This document shows, in pieces, positions 55,003 through 62,369 of a stretch of DNA of 64,000 nt (position 1 is its first letter; every line of letters starts with the position of its first letter). The notes beneath the pieces were generated by a model. The model had not been told where the DNA came from, did no database searches, and was given only the letters and a program-made list of their open reading frames with translations. Source of the DNA: Collinsella sp. (GTDB taxonomy: Bacteria > Actinomycetota > Coriobacteriia > Coriobacteriales > Coriobacteriaceae); assembly GCA_031294825.1 (NCBI GenBank), contig JAUMPM010000067.1:24201-88200 (forward strand), given 5' to 3'. The translations under genes and the position numbers were made by a program.

Positions 55003-56275
55003 GAATGCCCACGTCGTCGATCCGTCTGTCGAGCTTGACGGTGTCGTTGACGTCCTGATTGACGGCGACAAGATCGCCGAGGTCGGCGAGAATCTCGCCG
55101 TCGAGGGAGCCGAGGTCCGCGACCTTTCCGGCAAGTACCTCGTCCCCGGCCTGGTGGATATGCACGTTCACCTTCGTGAGCCCGGCTACGAGGTCAAAGA
55201 GGACATCGAGAGCGGCACCCGCGCAGCTGCCAAGGGCGGCTTTACCGGCGTGTGCGCCATGCCCAACACCGACCCCGTCACCGATAACGGCACCGTCGTG
55301 GAGTTCGTCAAGTCCCGCGCTGCCGAGGTCGGCCACTGCCGCGTCTATCCGTCGGGCGCCATGACCCGCGGTCTTAAGGGCGAGGCTATGTCCGAGATGG
55401 GCGATATGGTCGCCCACGGCGCCGTCGCCTTCACCGACGACGGTCGCGGCGTGCAGGGTGCGGGTATGCTCCGCCGCTGCATGGACTACGGCAAGATGTT
55501 CGGCAAGGTCTTCATGAGCCACTGCCAGGATGAGGACCTGGTCGGCCACGGCCAGATCAACGAGGGCAAGGTATCGACCCGTCTGGCCCTCGAGGGCTGG
55601 CCGGCTGCCGGCGAGGAGCTCCAGATCGCCCGCGACATCGAGATCGCCAAGCTGACCGGTGCCAAGCTGCACATCCAGCACATCTCCACCGCCCACGGCC
55701 TGGAGATTGTGCGTGCCGGTAAGGCCGCTGGCGTTCAGGTTACCTGCGAGGCCACCCCGCACCACATGTTCCTGACCGAGAACGACCTGGACGAGACCTA
55801 CAACACCTCGCTCAAGGTCAACCCGCCGCTGCGTACCGAGGAGGATGCCGAGGCTATCCGTCAGGGCGTCATCGACGGTACCGTCGACGTTATCGTCACC
55901 GATCACGCTCCCCACACCCCGTGGGAGAAGGCCCGCGAGTTCGAGCTCGCGCCCTTTGGCATGATCGGCCTCGAGACCTCGCTGTCGCTTGTACTTACCG
56001 AGCTGGTCAACACGGGCAAGATGAGCGTGGGCCGCATGGTCGAGCTCATGGCCATCAAGCCGCGTGAGATCCTGGGCCTCGACCAGGTTCAGGTCAAGGC
56101 GGGCTCCGTTGCCGACCTGACCGTGTTCGACGCGTCCGCCACCTGGACGGTCGGCGAGGACGGTTACGAGTCGCGCGCCGAGAACTCCGGTTTCGCCGGC
56201 CGCATGCTCACCGGTCGTGCCACCGATGTGTTTGTCGGCGGCAAGCAGACGCTCGCCGACGGCTGCATCTGCTAG
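54986..56275 (+). CDS. pyrC: Dihydroorotase
   Basis: GLVDMHVHLREPG metal-binding motif and VTDHAPH. ATG at 54986 follows GGAGG and overlaps the pyrB end by 17 nt. Confidence 0.94.
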   Translation: MALLLKNAHVVDPSVELDGVVDVLIDGDKIAEVGENLAVEGAEVRDLSGKYLVPGLVDMHVHLREPGYEVKEDIESGTRAAAKGGFTGVCAMPNTDPVTDNGTVVEFVKSRAAEVGHCRVYPSGAMTRGLKGEAMSEMGDMVAHGAVAFTDDGRGVQGAGMLRRCMDYGKMFGKVFMSHCQDEDLVGHGQINEGKVSTRLALEGWPAAGEELQIARDIEIAKLTGAKLHIQHISTAHGLEIVRAGKAAGVQVTCEATPHHMFLTENDLDETYNTSLKVNPPLRTEEDAEAIRQGVIDGTVDVIVTDHAPHTPWEKAREFELAPFGMIGLETSLSLVLTELVNTGKMSVGRMVELMAIKPREILGLDQVQVKAGSVADLTVFDASATWTVGEDGYESRAENSGFAGRMLTGRATDVFVGGKQTLADGCIC

Positions 56276-56295
56276 CATAGCCTTATCGCTTTTGT

Positions 56296-56334
56296 GCGCG
56301 GTGCCCTTGCGGTGCCGCGCTTTCTGTTCGTTTT
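56296..56334 (+). terminator. Terminator/attenuator-like hairpin inside the pyr operon (between pyrC and pyrK)
   Basis: GCGCGGTGCC-CTTGC-GGTGCCGCGC (10 bp including 2 G-U), followed by TTTCTGTTCGTTTT. Confidence 0.45.
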
Positions 56335-56367
56335 GACCATGCAACCGCATGGGGGATTGGAGCGTCT

Positions 56368-57159
56368 ATGCCCACACCTTCCACTGCACGCATGCACGAC
56401 TTCGAGGTCGTCTCGAACCAGGAGATCGCCGACGGCATCTTCTCGCTCGTCATCTCGGCCCCCAAGCTTGCAAGTGCGCTCAAGCCCGGTCAGTTTGTGA
56501 ACATTGCCGTGCCCGGCGATGCGTCCTCGCTGCTTCGCGTGCCCCTGAGCTTCTATCGCGCCGACGCCCAGGCCGGCACCGTCGAGCTGTGGTACGCCGT
56601 CGTGGGCGACGACACCCGTCGTCTGTCGCAGATGGCCCCCGGTTCCACCTCTAATCTGCTGGGCCCTGGCGGCCGCGGCTGGCTTGTGCCCGAGGGCACC
56701 AGGAAGGCGTTGCTCGTTGCGGGCGGCATCGGTGTTCCGCCCGTGCTGTGCCTTGCCGGCATGCTTGCCGAGCAGAGTGTGGCCGTCGATGTGTGCCTGG
56801 GCTTTGGCACCGCGTCCAAGGCCGTGGGCATCGACGAGTTCCGCTCGTTGTGCGATACGGTCAACGTGTGCACCGATGACGGTTCGCTTGGCACGCACGG
56901 TTTTTGCACCGATCCTGCCGCCGAGCTGCTCGGCGAGGGCGGTTATGACTACGTCGCCAGCTGCGGTCCCGCCGTCATGATGAAGAAGGTCGCCGCCGCT
57001 GCCGCCGAGGCCGGTGCGTACTGCGAGGTTTCACTCGAGCGCATGATGAGCTGCGGCTTTGGCGCCTGCAACACCTGCAATGTCGAGACGGTCGACGGTA
57101 TGAAGGGCGCCTGCATGTGCGGCCCCGTGTTCGATGCTTCCAAGGTGGTGGTCTTCTAG
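56368..57159 (+). CDS. pyrK: Dihydroorotate dehydrogenase B electron-transfer subunit (FAD/[2Fe-2S])
   Basis: RVPLSF FAD-binding-like motif, GGIGVPP, C-terminal CGFGACNTC..C..CMCGP cluster motif. Confidence 0.9.
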   Translation: MPTPSTARMHDFEVVSNQEIADGIFSLVISAPKLASALKPGQFVNIAVPGDASSLLRVPLSFYRADAQAGTVELWYAVVGDDTRRLSQMAPGSTSNLLGPGGRGWLVPEGTRKALLVAGGIGVPPVLCLAGMLAEQSVAVDVCLGFGTASKAVGIDEFRSLCDTVNVCTDDGSLGTHGFCTDPAAELLGEGGYDYVASCGPAVMMKKVAAAAAEAGAYCEVSLERMMSCGFGACNTCNVETVDGMKGACMCGPVFDASKVVVF

Positions 57160-58082
57160 TGGGTACCGTGAACATGGCCGTCGACTTCGGCGGCGTCAAG
57201 ATGCAGAACCCCATCAACACCGCAGCCGGTACCTTTGGCTACGGATGGCAGTTCCAGAACTTCTTTGATGTCTCCCAGCTGGGTGCCATCACCACCAAGG
57301 GTTGTGCTGCCGAGCCCTGGCCCGGCAACCCCGCGCCTCGCATGGCCGAGATCCCGGGCGGCATGATCAACTCCGTGGGCCTTCAGAACCCCGGCGTGGC
57401 TGCCTTCGCCCGTGAGTCCGGTCCGTGGCTCGAGCAGCTCTCCAAGGACGGTTGCCAGGTCATCTGCCAGGTCGCCGGTCACTCCGTCGAGGAGTTTGTC
57501 CGCGCGCTCGAGATGTATGTCGAGCTGTGCCCCTGGGCTGCCGGCTACGAGATCAACGTCAGCTGCCCTAATATTGCCGCCGGCGGTGCCGCCATGGGCT
57601 CCTCGCCCGAGGGAGCCTCTGCCGTTATGGCTGCCTGCCGTAAGGTGACCGATAAGCCGCTGTTCGTAAAGATGGCTCCGGTTAACGTCGCCGAGATTGC
57701 CAAGGCTCTCGAGGCTGCAGGTGCCGACGGCCTTTCGGTCATCAACTCCATTCAGGGCATGGCCATTGACGTTCATACCCGCAAGTCCCGTGTGGCCAAG
57801 CCCAAGGGCGGCCTTTCGGGCCCGCTGTGCCACCACATCGCCGTTCGCATGGTCTGGGAGGTTGCCCAGGCCGTCGATATCCCCATCAACGGAGTCGGCG
57901 GCGTCATGACGGGCGAAGATGCGGCTGAGTTTATCCTGGCCGGTGCCACCTGCGTGTCGGTCGGCATGGCCAACTTCGTCGATCCGTGCGCATCGATTAA
58001 GATCGCGCACGAGCTCGAGGCCTGGGCGGAGTCCCAGGGCGTGAAGGACATCAACGAGCTGGTAGGTGCTTTCGAATGCTAG
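57159..58082 (+). CDS. pyrD: Dihydroorotate dehydrogenase B catalytic subunit
   Basis: NPINTAAGTFGYG, YEINVSCPN (catalytic Cys), GGLSGP, INGVGGV. GTG at 57159 follows AAGGTGGTGG; ATG at 57174 is an alternative. Confidence 0.93.
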   Translation: MGTVNMAVDFGGVKMQNPINTAAGTFGYGWQFQNFFDVSQLGAITTKGCAAEPWPGNPAPRMAEIPGGMINSVGLQNPGVAAFARESGPWLEQLSKDGCQVICQVAGHSVEEFVRALEMYVELCPWAAGYEINVSCPNIAAGGAAMGSSPEGASAVMAACRKVTDKPLFVKMAPVNVAEIAKALEAAGADGLSVINSIQGMAIDVHTRKSRVAKPKGGLSGPLCHHIAVRMVWEVAQAVDIPINGVGGVMTGEDAAEFILAGATCVSVGMANFVDPCASIKIAHELEAWAESQGVKDINELVGAFEC

Positions 58083-58792
58083 AGACCGATGCCCGCGACC
58101 GCGTTATCGTCGCCCTCGACTGCGACTGTGAGCGTGCGCTCGAGCTCGCCCACGAGCTTTCTGGCCATGCCGCTTGGCTCAAGGTCGGCATGACGCTCTA
58201 TTACGCCGAGGGCCCCGAGATCGTCAAGACGTTCAAGGACCTGGGCTTTAAGGTCTTCCTCGACCTCAAGTTCCATGACATTCCGCATCAGGTGCGCGGT
58301 GCCGCCCGTTCGGCCTCGCTTGCCGGTGCCGACCTGCTTTCGGTTCACGGCTTGGGTTCGGGTGCTATGCTCGCCGCCTGCCGTGAGGGTGCCGAGGAGG
58401 CACGCGAGGATCGAGCCAAGCTCGTCGCCATTACCGTGCTCACGAGCATGAACCAGGATGCGCTGGCTGAGATCGGCGTCGATTCGCCCGTGGCCGAGGA
58501 GGCAGCCCGCCTGGCGAAGCTTGCTCAGGCCAACGGCATCGACGGTATCGTGTGCTCGCCGATGGAGGCCCATGACATGCGCGAGCTGCTCGGCCCCGAC
58601 GCGCTGATCGTGACTCCGGGCGTGCGTCCGGTGGGTGCCGCCTTGGGCGATCAATCCCGCGTGGCGACGCCTTCTCAGGCTATCGAGCGCGGCGCGAGCC
58701 ACATCGTGGTGGGCCGACCCATCACCGGTGCCGACGACCCGGTTGCCGCATTTGACGCCATCGTTGCCGAGTTGGTCGAAAACGTTGCCTAA
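58076..58792 (+). CDS. pyrF: Orotidine-5'-phosphate decarboxylase
   Basis: VIVALD, LKVG, FLDLKFHDIPHQV, IVVGRPIT motifs; overlaps the pyrD stop. Confidence 0.94.
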   Translation: MLETDARDRVIVALDCDCERALELAHELSGHAAWLKVGMTLYYAEGPEIVKTFKDLGFKVFLDLKFHDIPHQVRGAARSASLAGADLLSVHGLGSGAMLAACREGAEEAREDRAKLVAITVLTSMNQDALAEIGVDSPVAEEAARLAKLAQANGIDGIVCSPMEAHDMRELLGPDALIVTPGVRPVGAALGDQSRVATPSQAIERGASHIVVGRPITGADDPVAAFDAIVAELVENVA

Positions 58793-58837
58793 AAGATTCC
58801 CTCAAGTCACCACTTTTGGGTCTCATTAGCACAAATT

Positions 58838-58903
58838 AGCCCCTGTGCCTGCGAAAACTTTCCCATCCTTTGTGTGGAATCGCAGGTCGGGGGCTCATCT
58901 TTT
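58838..58903 (+). terminator. Long imperfect stem-loop after pyrF (possible operon terminator)
   Basis: AGCCCC..CCTGCGA / TCGCAGG..GGGGCT arms with an internal bulge and 25-nt loop, followed by CATCTTTT. Confidence 0.3.
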
Positions 58904-58978
58904 AGCGCGATATATTGCACTTTTTGCGGGTATCGTCTAACCTATGGAGCCGCGATTGGGCATTTTGTACGTTTTACG

Positions 58979-58987
58979 TGCTAAAAT
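58979..58987 (+). promoter_or_regulatory. Candidate extended -10 element for mihF
   Basis: TGCTAAAAT about 45 nt upstream of the mihF ATG, embedded in a GGCATTTT-N16-AAAATGCC inverted repeat. Confidence 0.35.
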
Positions 58988-59031
58988 GCCAAATATTGAA
59001 TCAGATATAACCCAACTATTTGGAGGTTCGA

Positions 59032-59340
59032 ATGGCACTCCCTCAGCTTACCGACGAGCAGCGCAAGCAGGCTCTTGAGAAGGCTGCCGCCGCACGTCAC
59101 GCCCGCGCTGAGCTTCGCGAGCAGATCAAGAAGGGCGAGAAGTCCCTCGAGTCCGTGCTCAACTCCGATGACCCCATCGCTTCCCGCATGAAGGTTTCCA
59201 CCCTCATCGAGTCTCTCCCCGGTTATGGCAAGGCTAAGGCCGCCAAGATCATGGAGGAGCTCGGCATCTCCGCTACCCGTCGCGTCCAGGGCCTCGGCGT
59301 CCGTCAGCGCGAGCAGCTCCTCGAGCAGCTGACCAAATAA
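59032..59340 (+). CDS. mihF: Actinobacterial integration host factor (MihF-type)
   Basis: MALPQLTDEQRKQALEKAAAARHARAEL N-terminus and the conserved mihF-gmk-rpoZ order. Confidence 0.88.
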   Translation: MALPQLTDEQRKQALEKAAAARHARAELREQIKKGEKSLESVLNSDDPIASRMKVSTLIESLPGYGKAKAAKIMEELGISATRRVQGLGVRQREQLLEQLTK

Positions 59341-59910
59341 GTGAGCGCTCAGGATTCAAAGCTCTTTGTGATTTCTGGACCGTCAGGTGCAGGCAAGGGC
59401 ACGCTCGTCACTCGTGTGCGTGAGCGTCGCTCGAACCTGGGCCTGACGGTTTCGGCTACCACGCGAGCACCACGCAAAGGTGAGGTCGACGGCGTCAACT
59501 ACTTTTTCCTGACGCGCGAGGAGTTCGACCGCCGCGTGGCAAACGGTGAGTTTGTTGAGTGGGCCGAGGTCCACGGTAACTGCTACGGCACGTTGGTGAG
59601 CGAGGTCACATCCAAGCTCGCCTCTGGCTCGTCTCTGATCTTGGAGATCGATGTCCAGGGTGCCCTGCAGGTGAAGGAGCGTTTCCCCGAGGCCGTGTTG
59701 ATCTTTATCAAGCCGCCTTCGCTCGAGGTGCTCCGCGAGCGTCTGGTCGGTCGCGGTACCGAGACGCCCGAGACGATCGAGCTGCGTATGGCAAACGCCG
59801 CCGATGAACTTGCCCTTGCCGACCGCTACGACGACGTCGTGGTGAATGACGATCTCGACCGCGCGACCGATGAGCTCGTTCGCGTTCTCGATATGCATGA
59901 AAGGATCTGA
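59341..59910 (+). CDS. gmk: Guanylate kinase
   Basis: ISGPSGAGKGTL P-loop, TTRAPRKGEVDGVNYFF, EWAEVHGNCYGT. Confidence 0.95.
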   Translation: MSAQDSKLFVISGPSGAGKGTLVTRVRERRSNLGLTVSATTRAPRKGEVDGVNYFFLTREEFDRRVANGEFVEWAEVHGNCYGTLVSEVTSKLASGSSLILEIDVQGALQVKERFPEAVLIFIKPPSLEVLRERLVGRGTETPETIELRMANAADELALADRYDDVVVNDDLDRATDELVRVLDMHERI

Positions 59911-59915
59911 GGTCC

Positions 59916-60197
59916 GTGTCCGTTGTAAAGCCTTGCATTGACGATCTTTTGGAGAAGACCGATCACAACCGCTTCCTGCTCGCCTCGCTTGCCTCCAAGC
60001 GCGCCTGCGACATTAACAGCATGCTGCGTGGTCAGCACAACCGCGTGCTCGCCGTCCAGGATGTCGATGACATCACCATTGCGCTTTCCGGCGCCGATAC
60101 CATCTCGATGGCTATGGACGAGATTGTCGACGGTGACATCTCCTACGATGAGGCCCGTTACGAGAAGGCGCTCGGCCACAAGGTTGCTGAAGCCTAA
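59916..60197 (+). CDS. rpoZ: DNA-directed RNA polymerase subunit omega
   Basis: NRF.L...ASKRA pattern, size, and position after gmk. Confidence 0.88.
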   Translation: MSVVKPCIDDLLEKTDHNRFLLASLASKRACDINSMLRGQHNRVLAVQDVDDITIALSGADTISMAMDEIVDGDISYDEARYEKALGHKVAEA

Positions 60198-61442
60198 ATG
60201 GCGGCTCGCGTCTGCCTGGTCCACTATCACGAGGTTGGACTGAAGGGCAAGAACCGCGCACATTTTGAGCATATCCTCATGGATAACATCAAGGCGGCCT
60301 TGGCCGCCTTTTCCGTGAATGCCGTGTCTCGAATTTCCGGTTATATCCTCGTGACCTTTAACGAGCATCAGGCCGACGAGGCGGCGCGCGTCATTCGCAC
60401 CGTCCCCGGCGTTGCCCGCGTGTCCCTGGCATATCACACGAACCGCGACCCGCAGGAGTACTGCGCCGCCGCCGTGAAGGCGCTGCGCGAGTTCGGTCCC
60501 TTCGATTCGTTTAAGGTGCATGCCAAGCGCTCGAACACCGACTACGAGCTCACCTCTATTGAAATCAATCGACAGGTTGGCGAGGTGCTGTGCGAGGCGT
60601 TTCCCGATAAAAAGGTTCAGATGCATGACCCTGACGCGATGGTGCACGTGCTGGTGGTCCAGGGCAGTGTCTACGTGTATGCGCGCTCTGAGCGCGGCGT
60701 GGGCGGCTTGCCGGTAGGATCTGCCGGCAAGGTCGTGACGCTTCTGTCGTCGGGCATCGATTCTCCGGTGGCGACCTGGATGCTCGCGCGTCGCGGCGCC
60801 GTATGCGTGCCGGTGCATTTTTCCGGTCGTCCGCAGACGCCCGATACCAGCGAGTATCTGGTGCAGGACATTATTCGCGCCCTTGAGCCGGGTGTGCAGA
60901 TCGGTCGCCTGTACGTAGTCCCGTTTGGCGACTGCCAGCGCGAGATTTCGGTCACCTGCCCCAGCAATCTGCGCGTGATTATGTACCGTCGCATCATGTA
61001 TTCGGTTGCCGAGCGCATTGCGCACATCGAGGGCGCCAAGGCTATCGTGACCGGTGAATCACTCGGTCAGGTTGCCTCCCAGACGCTCGAGAACATCATG
61101 GCCGTCAACGAGGCTGTCAAGATCCCCGTGTTCCGTCCGTTGATCGGTTCGGACAAGCAGGAGATCATCGCACGCGCTGGGGAGATCGGTACGTTCGATA
61201 TCTCGACCGAGGCTTCTCCCGATTGCTGCACGCTGTTTATGCCGCGCCGTCCCGAGACGCACGCCAAGCTCGATGCCGTTCATGAGGCGTGGGAGCTGTT
61301 CGATCACGAGGAGATGATTGAGCGTTTGCTTAAACAGACCGAGTATATCGACTTCGAGAGCAATACGTATAAGGCCCCTAAGACCTTAAAACGCAAACAT
61401 TCCGAGCTCGCTCCACGTGAGATTTACCAAGATCACGAGTAA
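60198..61442 (+). CDS. thiI: tRNA 4-thiouridine(8) synthase ThiI (THUMP + PP-loop, no rhodanese domain)
   Basis: HYHEVGLKGKNR N-terminus, LLSSGIDSPVA PP-loop, ITGESLGQVASQT. Confidence 0.92.
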   Translation: MAARVCLVHYHEVGLKGKNRAHFEHILMDNIKAALAAFSVNAVSRISGYILVTFNEHQADEAARVIRTVPGVARVSLAYHTNRDPQEYCAAAVKALREFGPFDSFKVHAKRSNTDYELTSIEINRQVGEVLCEAFPDKKVQMHDPDAMVHVLVVQGSVYVYARSERGVGGLPVGSAGKVVTLLSSGIDSPVATWMLARRGAVCVPVHFSGRPQTPDTSEYLVQDIIRALEPGVQIGRLYVVPFGDCQREISVTCPSNLRVIMYRRIMYSVAERIAHIEGAKAIVTGESLGQVASQTLENIMAVNEAVKIPVFRPLIGSDKQEIIARAGEIGTFDISTEASPDCCTLFMPRRPETHAKLDAVHEAWELFDHEEMIERLLKQTEYIDFESNTYKAPKTLKRKHSELAPREIYQDHE

Positions 61443-61452
61443 TTTTGTGCAT

Positions 61453-61486
61453 AGACCGACGATGCGCTTGCATCGTCGGTCTTTTG
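61453..61486 (+). terminator. Rho-independent terminator after thiI
   Basis: Perfect 13-bp stem AGACCGACGATGC/GCATCGTCGGTCT, GCTT loop, then TTTG. Confidence 0.8.
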
Positions 61487-61655
61487 CTATCTGGGCATTT
61501 TGCGGCTAAGTGTTCATTTGCTGACGTGTCCCTGAATAAATGGATAGATTTGTGCAAGGTTTTGGTCGGTTTTTGGTTTGACCGCTAAAACCGGTTTTGG
61601 GGCGTGGCTGTTGCAGGGCTCTATTCCTGACACGATGGTGTTGGGAGGTTTTGCT

Positions 61656-62369
61656 ATGGCGCAGCGCGAACAACACGAACGGGTCAAACGGATGGACCGC
61701 TTGGCGGACAAGCTGTTCGGTCATAAGGCAGTGGTGATGGCGATACTGGTCGTCATTGCGATGGCGAGTGGACTGGCGATGGCGAACCTTGGCGGCGGTG
61801 CCGGCGGCGTGTCGTTTGAGCGCACTGACGGTTCAGGCTCGTTGGTGGAGCCGGGATCCGGCGATGCCTCGAGCGGAAAGACATCCGAAGGCTCTTCGCC
61901 TAAGGCGTCTGCCGCGGCAGAGGTTTATGTCGATGTTGATGGCGCCGTTGTGTCGCCGGGTGTATATCGCCTCAAGGACGGCGCGCGGGTGGCTCAGGCG
62001 ATTGATGCTGCCGGCGGGCTGGCGCCCGAGGCAGACGTTACGGGGCTCAATCGGGCATCTAGGGTCACTGATGGACAAAAAATCCACGTTCCAACGGTAG
62101 GGGAGCAGCAGGCGTCCATTGCGGAAGTCGGTGTTGATGGTGGGGCTTTCGCATCATCGGGCGTGAGTGGCGCAACAGGCCTAGTAAACATCAATACGGC
62201 AAGCGCGGCAGAGCTACAGACGCTTTCGGGCATCGGCCCCTCCATGGCCCAGTCGATTATCGATGAGCGGACAAAGAACGGTGCTTTTGCCGCGGTTGAC
62301 GATCTGATGCGTGTGTCGGGAATCGGCGAGAAGAAGCTTGCCAAAATCAAAGATTGCATCTGCGTATGA
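61656..62369 (+). CDS. comEA: Competence protein ComEA (membrane-anchored SLBB + helix-hairpin-helix DNA receptor)
   Basis: TM helix, VYVDVDGAVVSPGVY..G.RV..AI..AGG SLBB region, INTASAAELQTLSGIGPSMAQSII...VDDLMRVSGIGEKKL HhH pair. ATG at 61656 follows GGGAGG. Confidence 0.9.
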   Translation: MAQREQHERVKRMDRLADKLFGHKAVVMAILVVIAMASGLAMANLGGGAGGVSFERTDGSGSLVEPGSGDASSGKTSEGSSPKASAAAEVYVDVDGAVVSPGVYRLKDGARVAQAIDAAGGLAPEADVTGLNRASRVTDGQKIHVPTVGEQQASIAEVGVDGGAFASSGVSGATGLVNINTASAAELQTLSGIGPSMAQSIIDERTKNGAFAAVDDLMRVSGIGEKKLAKIKDCICV

